Of a DNA stretch of 64,000 bases, positions 1 to 9,219 are shown in pieces; positions within the stretch are counted from its first letter, which is position 1; each line of letters begins with the position of its first letter. Source of the DNA: SAR86 cluster bacterium AG-390-O18 (GTDB taxonomy: Bacteria > Pseudomonadota > Gammaproteobacteria > Magnimaribacterales > AG-339-G14); NCBI GenBank assembly GCA_003279605.1, contig QCHF01000002.1:64529-128528 (forward strand), read 5' to 3'. The translations under genes were made by a program, and so were the position numbers. The notes under the pieces are model-generated. The model was not told the origin of the DNA and did no database searches. It was given only the letters and a program-made list of their open reading frames with translations.

Positions 1-2
1 TC

Positions 3-2189
3 TGTCGTTATCAATACACTTATTTTGATAATGTTCAAGAAGAACAAAATAATTCCCAACTATGGATGGAATTCAATGGAGCTATAGACGATCATGATTG
101 GCATGTAGAGTTAGCTTACGGTCACACTGATGTGCCTAATTGGGCAACTTCTCCGTCTTACCCTCCTAACAACCCTTCAACAAATACTTTGCCTGATCAC
201 AACCCTGGTTTTGTTCAATTGTTAGCAGATAACGCTACTTTTGCTGATGCTTTGACTGATGCAAACTATGGTGGAGATGGTACAAACATAGCAAGTGCTC
301 ATAGAGTTAGAACTAGAACTTTGGCAGCTGCAGGTAACCAATTTGGAAACTCTAATTTGGCTGAAACCGAATCAAGAGAGTATGACACTTATAGGGTTGC
401 GTTTAGTTTTGATGGCCCCCTAACTGATGGCATCGATTACTCAACAAGTTTGAATTATTCATCTAGTACAGGTCTAACTACTTCTACCGATACGCAACAA
501 GGAAAATTCCTTGCTTCGCTATGGGGATATGGTGGACCTAATTGTGATGCAGAAATTACAGCAAAGACTACTGCTGCTAATGATTTAACTCCAACATTTA
601 TAACTAAATCAACTGGTGCTGCCATTGCTGCAAATGTTGTAAATGCTGCTACTAGACCAGCTGGGTGTGAATATTTGAATGTCACTTCTAACGCTGTATA
701 CCAAGGTATGCAGCCTAATCAAACCAACGGTAACAGAGTTGGAGTTAATCCGGATTATCATGCTGCTACTGCAAATAGTCCTGAACTTCTTAGATGGTTA
801 CTTGATAAAAGGTATACGGAATCTACTTCCGACCTATTAACTGTTGATTTCATTATGCAAGGTACTATGGGTATGCTTGCTGGTGGAGATGCAGCTTGGG
901 CATTTGGTTACGAAAGACGTGATTACAACATTAAAACAACGCTTCCTAATCTTCCTGGGCCTACAGCGGCTAATGCAAGAACAAACATTCATGATGGTAA
1001 TCTTTATCCTTGTGAAATCCCTTCATGGAATGAAAATGCTACAGGTGCTCAATCAAGAGCTACTTGTGCTGCAAACCCAGTTGGATTGTTTATGTTCTTG
1101 CCTCCTGTCTTCGCTGAAGATCAAAATCAAACGGTTGATTCTTTATTTGCGGAATTTGCATTACCAATCACCGATGAATTTGATATGCAATTGGCTCTAA
1201 GATATGAAGATTACGGTTCTAAAGATTCTGTAGATCCTAAACTTGTTATGCGTTGGACTCCAATTCCTGCTTTAACTTTAAGATTTACAGGACAAACAAC
1301 TTTTAGAGCTGCTCATCCTGATGAAACATCTCAGACAAGAGTTACGGCGTTACAATATGTTAACCAAGCTGGAGCCTTTAAAGCTGTTGATTTTTCTGGA
1401 AACGCGAATCTTGATCCAGAAGAAGCAACAACATACAACTTTGGTTTTGTTACTGATTTTGGTACTGACGAATGGACTGCAACTCTAGACTACTATGACT
1501 TTGAGTTTAAAAATCCAATCATTACTGAAAATCACCAACAGTTAGTTAATGCTTTTGCTGCCGGTGGAGCTGCTTCAGCTGCTGTGTCTAGTCAAATGTA
1601 TGGTGGGGTAAACACTCTTCCTTACGACGCAGCTACGAATAACTTTACCGCTGCATCTGTTGGAAGGATTGCATCTAACTTTATAAACGGTCCTGAAACA
1701 CTTACTAATGGTGTAGACCTTTATGTTCAGTATGAGACTGATTATGCAAATGGAACCATTACAGGTGGTATGGAAGTTAACTACGTTGCTAAATATGATG
1801 TAGCTGCTTATAACAAAGGCGGTGTTGAAATTGCTGCTGCTTATGAGTGTGTAGGATTCTTTAATATCAATAATGGATGTCGTTCAATGCCTGAAACAAA
1901 AGCCAAAGCATTTGTTAATTACCAAACTGATGCTCATAACTTTTATGGTGCTTTGAACTATATGGGTGCATACACTGACAGAAGAGCTAATGCTGAAGTT
2001 GCAGCTCACAATACTATCGATGCCACTTATACCTATTCTTGGGACGATGCATTTGATATTTCTCTATCAGTTTATAACTTAACTAATGAAGAACCTCCTT
2101 ATGTAAGCTGGGAAATGAACTATGACCCATATGCTCACAGTCCATTAGGAAGATACTTCAAAGCAGGTTTTACTTACAGAATGCAGTAA
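3..2189 (+). CDS. TonB-dependent outer-membrane receptor, C-terminal ~728 codons (5' end outside window)
   Basis: The frame is open from nt 3 to the listed Met at 66, so the gene is cut by the window edge. Composition is Gly/Asn/Thr/Tyr/Ala-rich, as in beta-barrels. It has a LALRYEDYG-type strand and the terminal strand GRYFKAGFTYRMQ. A strong hairpin terminator follows. Confidence 0.8.
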   Translation, partial: CRYQYTYFDNVQEEQNNSQLWMEFNGAIDDHDWHVELAYGHTDVPNWATSPSYPPNNPSTNTLPDHNPGFVQLLADNATFADALTDANYGGDGTNIASAHRVRTRTLAAAGNQFGNSNLAETESREYDTYRVAFSFDGPLTDGIDYSTSLNYSSSTGLTTSTDTQQGKFLASLWGYGGPNCDAEITAKTTAANDLTPTFITKSTGAAIAANVVNAATRPAGCEYLNVTSNAVYQGMQPNQTNGNRVGVNPDYHAATANSPELLRWLLDKRYTESTSDLLTVDFIMQGTMGMLAGGDAAWAFGYERRDYNIKTTLPNLPGPTAANARTNIHDGNLYPCEIPSWNENATGAQSRATCAANPVGLFMFLPPVFAEDQNQTVDSLFAEFALPITDEFDMQLALRYEDYGSKDSVDPKLVMRWTPIPALTLRFTGQTTFRAAHPDETSQTRVTALQYVNQAGAFKAVDFSGNANLDPEEATTYNFGFVTDFGTDEWTATLDYYDFEFKNPIITENHQQLVNAFAAGGAASAAVSSQMYGGVNTLPYDAATNNFTAASVGRIASNFINGPETLTNGVDLYVQYETDYANGTITGGMEVNYVAKYDVAAYNKGGVEIAAAYECVGFFNINNGCRSMPETKAKAFVNYQTDAHNFYGALNYMGAYTDRRANAEVAAHNTIDATYTYSWDDAFDISLSVYNLTNEEPPYVSWEMNYDPYAHSPLGRYFKAGFTYRMQ

Positions 2190-2205
2190 GTCTTAGATTT
2201 GCTTT

Positions 2206-2238
2206 AAAAAAAGGCCTCTGATTCAGAGGCCTTTTTTT
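2206..2238. terminator. Bidirectional rho-independent terminator between the convergent receptor and tesA-like genes
   Basis: Perfect 9-bp stem AGGCCTCTG (2212-2220) / CAGAGGCCT (2224-2232) with a 3-nt loop. An A-run lies on the left and a T-run on the right, so it reads as hairpin plus U-tract on both strands. Confidence 0.85.
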
Positions 2239-2866
2239 ATTCAAGAATTTTTAATAAAGCAATTTCCATTGCTGAAGCAATTATTGGCTGTGCAAGAGAA
2301 TTCGGGTGAATGCCATCTGCTTGCATTAAAGAACTATCCAAAGCTACTTTTTCCAATAGGAATTCAACCAATGGTATTTGGTATTTTTCTGAAATACTAG
2401 GATATAAATCCTCAAAAGCATCTACATACCTTTTTCCATAATTTGGAGGGATTTTTATTTGCATCAGAATTGGTTTTGATTTTTTATTTAAAACTTCCTT
2501 TACTATTATTTCTAAATTCTTTTCTATGTTTTCAAGTGGGTAGCCTCGAAGAGCATCATTTCCACCAAGTTCAATTAAAACAAAATCTGGGGAACTGACT
2601 TCGAGAGCTTTGCTTATTCTTGAAACTCCGCCAGAAGTCGTATCTCCAGACACACTTGAATTTATTAAATAATATTTTTTTTCAGAACTAGCATTTAAAT
2701 AATTTTCTAACAAAGAAACCCAATTTTCAGACTCTTTTATTCCGTATCCAGCTGAAATACTATCTCCTAAAATCAATAACTTCTTCGTATCGGCAGTGAT
2801 AGAATATGAAAAAGTAAAAATTAAAAATAAAACTATTTTTAATCCATTTTTTTCTAAAGAATTCAT
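2237..2866 (-). CDS. tesA: SGNH/GDSL hydrolase, TesA-like thioesterase I / lysophospholipase L1, with signal peptide
   Basis: Carries the GDSISAGYG, GGNDALRG and DGIHPN blocks of the SGNH family. The N-terminus is hydrophobic. It is divergent from ybbA-ybbP-like ABC genes, as in E. coli. Confidence 0.8.
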   Translation of the reverse strand: MNSLEKNGLKIVLFLIFTFSYSITADTKKLLILGDSISAGYGIKESENWVSLLENYLNASSEKKYYLINSSVSGDTTSGGVSRISKALEVSSPDFVLIELGGNDALRGYPLENIEKNLEIIVKEVLNKKSKPILMQIKIPPNYGKRYVDAFEDLYPSISEKYQIPLVEFLLEKVALDSSLMQADGIHPNSLAQPIIASAMEIALLKILE

Positions 2867-2869
2867 TTG

Positions 2870-3529
2870 ATGATTATAGAAGCAAGAAATTTGTCAAAAA
2901 AGGTTATTTTTAATGATCAAGAAATAGTCATTCTAGACGATATTAACCTCAAAGTAAGTGCTGCTTCCTCATTGGCTGTAATTGGACCTTCTGGTTCAGG
3001 AAAATCGACTTTACTTGGAATTTTAGCCGGCCTTGATTCTCCAAGCTCTGGTGAAATATATATCAATCAAAAACCTCTTCATGATTTATCTGAAGAAGCA
3101 CGTTCAAAAATAAGAAAAGACTCCGTAGCATTTGTTTTTCAAAATTTTGAACTCTTAGCAGGACTTAATGCTTTGGAAAATGTAATGCTGCCCTTGGAGC
3201 TTAAAGATAAAAAAAATGCAAGGGACATTGCTGAAACTTATCTTAAAAAAGTAGGTATGCAAAATCGTTTAATGCATTACCCTCAACAACTTTCTGGAGG
3301 AGAGCAACAAAGAGTAGCCATAGCTCGTGCTTTTGCCTGTGAGGCTGATGTATTATTTTGCGATGAGCCAACTGGAAATTTAGATTCCAGTAACAGCGAA
3401 CTGATTGCTAATCTTATCTTTGATACCTTTCTAGAATCCTCAAGTGCTTTGATTATTGTTACTCACGATATTTCCTTAGCGAATAGGTGTGATCAACAAA
3501 TAGAGATAATTGATGGCAAAGTCCTATGA
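2870..3529 (+). CDS. ybbA: ABC transporter ATP-binding protein (YbbA/LolD/MacB-type)
   Basis: Has Walker A GPSGSGKST, signature LSGGEQQRVAIARA and Walker B LFCDEPTGNLD. I prefer the ATG at 2870; the track start at 2867 is TTG. The stop overlaps the next start (ATGA). Confidence 0.85.
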   Translation: MIIEARNLSKKVIFNDQEIVILDDINLKVSAASSLAVIGPSGSGKSTLLGILAGLDSPSSGEIYINQKPLHDLSEEARSKIRKDSVAFVFQNFELLAGLNALENVMLPLELKDKKNARDIAETYLKKVGMQNRLMHYPQQLSGGEQQRVAIARAFACEADVLFCDEPTGNLDSSNSELIANLIFDTFLESSSALIIVTHDISLANRCDQQIEIIDGKVL

Positions 3530-5964
3530 CTGTTTTTTTATTAGCAACAAAGATTTTCTTTAGAGAATTTAAGTCGGGACAGCTTCTCTTGATGTTTTTA
3601 TCTTTGTCATTGGCAGTAGGTATTGTTTCCTCAATTACCTTTTTTACTGATCGTTTAGACGGCTCGTTAATGATGGAATCAAAACAGTTTTTAGGAGGTG
3701 ATTTCAAATACGAATCGAGCACGCCTTTAGATGAATCTGCCTTTCCAACTGGGGATTATTCTTATGCTGTTATATATGAATTTGGTTCAGTTTTGGGTTC
3801 AACCAAAAAATTTCAACTTGCTTCAGTGAAATCTGTCTCTCCCCCCTACCCCTTGATTGGTGAAATTGAAATTCTTAAAAAAAATAATGAAACAATCATA
3901 GAAACCAATCCACCAAAGCTTGGAAAAGTTTGGCTTGATAGGCGTTTAGCAAGCTTATTGGAAGTAAATATTGGGGAAAAGATTAATATTGGAGAAAAAG
4001 ATTTTTTCATAAATGGAATCATTTTATCCGAATCGGATAGAGGTGCCGGATCTTTTGCCTTTGCTCCAAAAGCCATTATGAATTCATCCGATCTAAATGA
4101 AGCAAACGTAATTCAACCAGGCTCAAGAGTAAGATATTCATATGTCTTTATTGGATCTCAACAAGATATAAAATCATTAGAGAATTTCTTTCAGCTGATA
4201 AAAAAACCAGGAGACGAAATTACTACTCCAGGTGATGAATCCAGCCCATTAGGAAGAGCTATCAATAGAGCTTCAAATTTTTTTCTGTTAGGAGCTTTGT
4301 TGGCAATCATTTTGTCTTCATTAACTATAGCTATATGCTCTTTGCAATTCACCAGAAGACATGTGGACTATGTAGCTATTTTCAAAGCTTTAGGGTTATC
4401 CCCCTCAGACATAAGAAATGCCTACTTACTCATTTTTAGTTTTATTGCATTATTTTCTTTTTTGACTGGTATTTTTTTGGGTTGGGTAGTGCAGCTTTCA
4501 TTTATGAACCTTTTAAAAGATTACTTTCCTGCAAATTTACCTTTGCCTGGGTTAGATCCCTATCTTATTTCTTTGGTAACCGCTTTCTTATGTTTGATAG
4601 GTTTTGCTTACCCAATTTTAAGAAACCTCTTTAACCTCTCACCTAATATCATTTTGAGAAAATCTGAAAAAAATGTGAAATCTTTCAATTCTTGGATTTA
4701 TATTGTTGGAGGTTTATCGGCTTTTTATACGCTTTTAGTCTTTTTTATTAAGGATCTTTATTTGACCAATATTATATTCTTTTCAATTCTTATCTTTAGT
4801 GGAATTATTTTTGCCCTGATATACGGCATCTTTTATTTCATAAAACCTTTAGGACTTAATCCTCTTAAGCCAATGAAAATGCTTGCTTTTGAGCTTAGCC
4901 GAAGAAAACTTTTTAATTCTTTGCAAATCGTAGCTATGACAGTTGCCATTGCTCTAAGCTTGGTAGCCTACTCTGCTTCGACAAACTTGGTTGGTTCATG
5001 GAAAAGTTCTTTACCAGAAAAGGCTCCTAACAATCTTTTGTTTAATATATATGATGGAGAGATAGAAAATCTTGTTGAATTTTTAAAGTTAAACGAAATA
5101 GCTGTTGAGCCATTATTTCCAGTTACTAGCGCAAGATTTCAAAGAATTAATTCAGAAAAAGAAATTGATCGTACTTTCAATTTTACTTGGATGTCTGAGC
5201 TACCGGAAGGAAATAAAGTTGTTGCTGGAAAATGGTTTGAAAATAAAAAAAATGGTATTTCAATTTCATCAGAAATTTCAGAAAGATATGAGTTGCAAGT
5301 TAATGATCAAATTATTATTGATATTGCGGGGAAAAAATTTAAGAGTTATATTCAAAGCATTAGAGAAGTGAACTGGGAAAATTTCAGCCCAAATTTTTTC
5401 GCTATTGGCTTTCCAGAAGATTTTAAAGAAATTTCTTCAACATATATTACTTCCTTTCACATCCCTAAAGAAAAGAAAACTCTATCATCAGAATTAATGA
5501 AAACCTTTCCTACGGTTTCATACATCTCATTGGATGCCATAATTTCAGAGGTTCAATCAATCATCTCAAAAGTTTCTGAGGCTTTAAAATTGATCTTGGG
5601 TTTAACTCTAGTTGCAGGATTATTTTTAATGCTGGCAACTATTCAAGAAAGTTTTAAACAGAGGGAAAAACAAAATGCGATTCTTAAGACTTTAGGCTTA
5701 AATAGACAAGTCATGCAAAAGAATACTTTTATGGAATACCTTTCAATTGGATTATTTTCTGGTTTGCTGGGTAGTGTGCTTGCTGTGATAACAACATTTT
5801 TTATTGAAGAGGTTGTATTTGAAATAAACTCTCAAATATATTGGGAAGTAGTGTTTATTGGAGCTTTTAGTTCAATTTTGGTGATAGGCCTTATTGCAGG
5901 CTTGTTTACATTCTACCTTTCTTCTAAGACTCCAAAAGATGTTCTAAGGGGGGCAGATGGCTAA
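3526..5964 (+). CDS. ybbP: ABC transporter permease, FtsX/MacB-type with duplicated 4-TM modules (YbbP-like)
   Basis: 812 aa with two FtsX-like hydrophobic modules separated by large soluble domains. It is translationally coupled to the ATPase. The tesA/ybbA/ybbP arrangement is conserved. Confidence 0.75.
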   Translation: MTVFLLATKIFFREFKSGQLLLMFLSLSLAVGIVSSITFFTDRLDGSLMMESKQFLGGDFKYESSTPLDESAFPTGDYSYAVIYEFGSVLGSTKKFQLASVKSVSPPYPLIGEIEILKKNNETIIETNPPKLGKVWLDRRLASLLEVNIGEKINIGEKDFFINGIILSESDRGAGSFAFAPKAIMNSSDLNEANVIQPGSRVRYSYVFIGSQQDIKSLENFFQLIKKPGDEITTPGDESSPLGRAINRASNFFLLGALLAIILSSLTIAICSLQFTRRHVDYVAIFKALGLSPSDIRNAYLLIFSFIALFSFLTGIFLGWVVQLSFMNLLKDYFPANLPLPGLDPYLISLVTAFLCLIGFAYPILRNLFNLSPNIILRKSEKNVKSFNSWIYIVGGLSAFYTLLVFFIKDLYLTNIIFFSILIFSGIIFALIYGIFYFIKPLGLNPLKPMKMLAFELSRRKLFNSLQIVAMTVAIALSLVAYSASTNLVGSWKSSLPEKAPNNLLFNIYDGEIENLVEFLKLNEIAVEPLFPVTSARFQRINSEKEIDRTFNFTWMSELPEGNKVVAGKWFENKKNGISISSEISERYELQVNDQIIIDIAGKKFKSYIQSIREVNWENFSPNFFAIGFPEDFKEISSTYITSFHIPKEKKTLSSELMKTFPTVSYISLDAIISEVQSIISKVSEALKLILGLTLVAGLFLMLATIQESFKQREKQNAILKTLGLNRQVMQKNTFMEYLSIGLFSGLLGSVLAVITTFFIEEVVFEINSQIYWEVVFIGAFSSILVIGLIAGLFTFYLSSKTPKDVLRGADG
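3967..4002 (+). repeat. In-frame 18-nt tandem duplication inside ybbP (NIGEKI/NIGEKD)
   Basis: aatattggggaaaagatt is directly followed by aatattggagaaaaagat. The repeat is codon-aligned, and the differences are mostly at third positions. Confidence 0.7.
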
Positions 5965-6658
5965 ATCTAGAAATATTATTGCTATTGGTGGAGGTGGTTT
6001 TGGAGCAAATCCAGGACAAGGAATTATTGAAAAATATATTTTAAAGCAAACCAAAAAAAAGAATCCTAAGATTTGCTTTATTCCAACTGCGACAGGAGAT
6101 AACGAAGCTTACAAAGTAAATTTTTATTCTACCTTCATAAACCTAGACTGCCATCCTTCTCATTTAGACTTTTTTAAAAGGACTCCAAACTTAAACAATT
6201 TGATCCTCAATCAAGATGCAATCTTTGTTGGTGGAGGGAATACGAAAAGTATGCTGGCTGTTTGGAAAGAATGGGGATTGGATAAGATTCTTAAAAAAGC
6301 ATACAACAATGGAGTAGTAATGAGTGGAGTAAGTGCAGGAGCTATCTGTTGGTTTCAAAATGGAATAACAGATTCGTGGGCTTCGAGCTTAAAAGTTATG
6401 CCGTGTTTAAACTTGATTAAAGGGACTTGTTGCCCGCACTATGATGAAGAGCCAGAGCGTACACCAACTGTTAAAAAGCTTCTTCTGAATGAAAAGTTAA
6501 AAAGTGTTTACGCAGTAGACGGAGGTGCAGCCCTTCATATTAAAGATGAAAAGACTTTTAAATCGGTTGTGTTCAAAAAAAATAAAGCGAGTTATCAAGT
6601 TTCGCGAGATGGGAAAGAAATATTAAAAAAAAGTTTCAAAAAAATTAATCTTATTTAG
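5957..6658 (+). CDS. Peptidase S51 family protein (dipeptidase E-like, type 1 glutamine amidotransferase-like fold)
   Basis: Has GGGNT and the nucleophile-elbow-like SGVSAGAICW, with a CPHYDEE region typical of S51. The start overlaps the ybbP stop by 8 nt. Confidence 0.65.
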   Translation: MAKSRNIIAIGGGGFGANPGQGIIEKYILKQTKKKNPKICFIPTATGDNEAYKVNFYSTFINLDCHPSHLDFFKRTPNLNNLILNQDAIFVGGGNTKSMLAVWKEWGLDKILKKAYNNGVVMSGVSAGAICWFQNGITDSWASSLKVMPCLNLIKGTCCPHYDEEPERTPTVKKLLLNEKLKSVYAVDGGAALHIKDEKTFKSVVFKKNKASYQVSRDGKEILKKSFKKINLI

Positions 6659-6674
6659 TAAGATTAGTCAAATT

Positions 6675-6977
6675 ATGAAAAAAAGTAATAGTAAAAAAGG
6701 ATATTGGGTTGCTAAAGCAAATGTGAATTCTCCAGAAAAACAACAAAGTTATGGAAAATTAGCAGAAGCTGTTCTAGAAAAATTTAATGGTAAATTCCTC
6801 ATCAGAGGAGGTCGCCAAGAAACCAAGGAGGGAGAACAATATATGAGAAATGTTGTGGTTGAATTCCCCTCTTATGAAATTGCCGTTGAAGCCTATGAAA
6901 GCAAAGAATATCAAGATGCATTGAAAGTTTTAGACGGTGGCGCCGATAGACTTTATGCTGTTGTTGAAGGACATTAA
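6675..6977 (+). CDS. DUF1330 domain protein
   Basis: About 100 aa. It shows the pattern YWVAKANV...FNGKFLIRGG...VVVEFPSYEIAVEAYESKEYQDA, characteristic of DUF1330. Confidence 0.65.
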   Translation: MKKSNSKKGYWVAKANVNSPEKQQSYGKLAEAVLEKFNGKFLIRGGRQETKEGEQYMRNVVVEFPSYEIAVEAYESKEYQDALKVLDGGADRLYAVVEGH

Positions 6978-6991
6978 TTCCTTTTATTAGA

Positions 6992-7150
6992 ATGTTTTAT
7001 TTCCTCCTTCTTGCATGGCTAATGGCATCCTATATGGCCTTGTTTTCCTCAAGAATGAAAGATAGTCCTTTGAAACCTTACGGTTGGTCAATATGGTTTG
7101 TTGTTACAGTGATTGTTATAGGAAGTTTAATTAGTGAATGGGTAAGATAG
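6992..7150 (+). CDS. Possible small membrane protein (52 aa, two hydrophobic helices)
   Basis: This ATG..TAG ORF is not in the supplied track because it is under 60 aa: MFYFLLLAWLMASYMALFSSRMKDSPLKPYGWSIWFVVTVIVIGSLISEWVR. It fills the largest otherwise non-coding gap. There is no clear Shine-Dalgarno sequence. Confidence 0.35.
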   Translation: MFYFLLLAWLMASYMALFSSRMKDSPLKPYGWSIWFVVTVIVIGSLISEWVR

Positions 7151-7154
7151 AAAT

Positions 7155-7568
7155 ATGCAAAATGATAAAAAATTAAAACAATTTTCTAAAGAATTCTTTG
7201 GTAGGTCCATGGAGTTTCTTAGTATTGAATATATTGAATTGACTGATGATGAATATATTTTTTCTTGCTACTTTAAAGAAGAATGTTCCAACCCTATGGG
7301 ATTTGTTCAAGGGGGGATGATTACAGCTGCTTTAGATGATGCGACTTCTGCAGCAATGATTTCAGGTTATGACGAAAAAAAAGCTCCCATGACTACGGAT
7401 TTGCATGTCTTGTTTCATAGGCCCCTGCCATTAGGATCAGCAAAAATGAAGGTTAAAATAATTAAATTAGGCAGAAGTAGCGCTACTTCAGAGGGCAGAA
7501 TATATAATCTAGAGGAAAAATTAGTTGCAACCCTACTTCATACGGCCCAACCAGTTGATAGGCCTTAG
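7155..7568 (+). CDS. PaaI-family hotdog-fold thioesterase
   Basis: The motif GFVQGGMITAALDDATS and a length of 137 aa are typical of PaaI/4HBT-II thioesterases. Confidence 0.7.
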   Translation: MQNDKKLKQFSKEFFGRSMEFLSIEYIELTDDEYIFSCYFKEECSNPMGFVQGGMITAALDDATSAAMISGYDEKKAPMTTDLHVLFHRPLPLGSAKMKVKIIKLGRSSATSEGRIYNLEEKLVATLLHTAQPVDRP

Positions 7569-8378
7569 TTAATTTTTGCTTCTTAATTTAAAAATTGCTA
7601 GCAAATTAATGCTCATACAGCACTGCAATGATTTATCTTCAAATAAATTCACATCTACTTCAATAAATTCATGGCCTTTTCTCTCATAAAAATCTTTAAC
7701 TGACATTTCAGTAATTAAAGTAGTATCCATTTGAACAGGTCTGTAATTTTGAGATTTTGTTTGCAAGTGAACCCACGGATTCATAAATGCATTGCCTGCC
7801 AAAATCCAATTTGAACAGCCAAGTAAAAAACATAAATTTGCATAGCCAACTTCATTTGGCTGTAAAAGTTTAGGTAATTTCTTTTCGTTAGAAAGATATA
7901 TTAGTGGTTTATCGCCTCCCCAATAGAATTTGAAAGCTTTACAACCTTCTTTTTTTAACTTTTCCCAGACCGTAAACGAAGCAACTGGAGCTTTATAATT
8001 CTCTTGAACTATAGGATCACCTCTATAGATAGGTTCTGGCATTGAATCTTTTAAAAGCTTAGATTCTGCATTAGCTATAATTTTTCCTTCTTGATTTTTT
8101 AAAAAAGTATTTATTTGACCTTCCTTAAAATCTTCTGAATAAACCTCAAAAGTTTCTCCATCATAAAGCGGAGAGGTTATTTTGCAGTTGGCATATCCCC
8201 TCTCAAGCCATGATTTTCCCAGTAATTCAATTACCGGATGGAGTAAATATGCTGAAACTGTTACTCCAGGGACTAGTCCACCTTTAAAGCCATACTCTTT
8301 TGCCAGTTCATCGCTATGAATTTGATTTTCAGAATCCGGAGCTGTATTTAAAGCAGTTGCTTGCCAATTCATAATCAA
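7569..8378 (-). CDS. Double hotdog-fold protein (two MaoC-dehydratase-like halves), function unknown
   Basis: The N-terminal half has ENQIHSDELAKEYGFKGGLVPG, a degenerate hydratase-2 motif. The C-terminal half has NAFMNPWVHLQT. It is the last gene of a 3-gene minus-strand operon with 2-nt gaps. Confidence 0.5.
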   Translation of the reverse strand: MIMNWQATALNTAPDSENQIHSDELAKEYGFKGGLVPGVTVSAYLLHPVIELLGKSWLERGYANCKITSPLYDGETFEVYSEDFKEGQINTFLKNQEGKIIANAESKLLKDSMPEPIYRGDPIVQENYKAPVASFTVWEKLKKEGCKAFKFYWGGDKPLIYLSNEKKLPKLLQPNEVGYANLCFLLGCSNWILAGNAFMNPWVHLQTKSQNYRPVQMDTTLITEMSVKDFYERKGHEFIEVDVNLFEDKSLQCCMSINLLAIFKLRSKN

Positions 8379-8380
8379 AT

Positions 8381-9217
8381 CTACTTGAGTATTTTCCTCT
8401 GTTTAAAATATAGTACAAATCCTAAAGCGATAGGCCAGCTTCCTAAGACAAATTCACCAATAAAAATCTGATTAAAGCCTGTACCGTGCGCATAAATTGC
8501 AACGAGATTGAATATCCCTGCTCCGATGTAAATCATTCCAGCTGAGAAAAACCAAACTGGATTTAAAGTAACCACCCCAAGAATAGAAAATAAAAACGTG
8601 GCTACAAAAAAAGAAGTAAAGTCTCTCAAAAGAGCATTTTGTGCATCTGAGGTTAATTCATTTAAAACAAACCCAAAATCTGCTGCAGCAATTATTGGGG
8701 TGAATACCCAATTAAGTACTAAGCCCAAAAGGAAGTAGGCATAAAATATCCCTAGAAATCTTATGATGAAAGTGTAGTTCTTTTCCTCTGAAATTAATTT
8801 GAAGTAAAAATAACCGCCTAGAAATCCTGCTACCCAATGTAAAATTTTTCCTAACAAAGTTCTGTTACCGCCTAGCAATTGAGTTTGGAATAATAATTCC
8901 ACCATCAAGATAAGGGCCGTTCCAATTGCTACAGAGCCAGCTACAGCATAAAGGTATTTACCTCCTAAGACACTGTATTTTGAAATCAATCCAGCTAAGG
9001 TGAAAGCAACTGTAAAACCAATGATTATTACTCCAAACAGGGCAATCCCTAACCTTTGAAAATCAAATAAAATAACCTCTAAAGATGAAATTAATCCTAC
9101 TGGCATATCAACAGAGGCAAGCCAAATTAAATTAGACACTGATGAAATTGGTGTCATCAACATTACCGTAAAGAGAGCTGCAGACAGAACTGCGAATGGA
9201 TATTTTGCTATTCTCAT
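8381..9217 (-). CDS. Polytopic inner-membrane protein (about 8 TM), no family recognised
   Basis: The ORF is uniformly hydrophobic with Gly/Phe/Leu/Ile-rich segments. It lies 2 nt from both flanking genes. Confidence 0.6.
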   Translation of the reverse strand: MRIAKYPFAVLSAALFTVMLMTPISSVSNLIWLASVDMPVGLISSLEVILFDFQRLGIALFGVIIIGFTVAFTLAGLISKYSVLGGKYLYAVAGSVAIGTALILMVELLFQTQLLGGNRTLLGKILHWVAGFLGGYFYFKLISEEKNYTFIIRFLGIFYAYFLLGLVLNWVFTPIIAAADFGFVLNELTSDAQNALLRDFTSFFVATFLFSILGVVTLNPVWFFSAGMIYIGAGIFNLVAIYAHGTGFNQIFIGEFVLGSWPIALGFVLYFKQRKILK

Positions 9218-9219
9218 AA

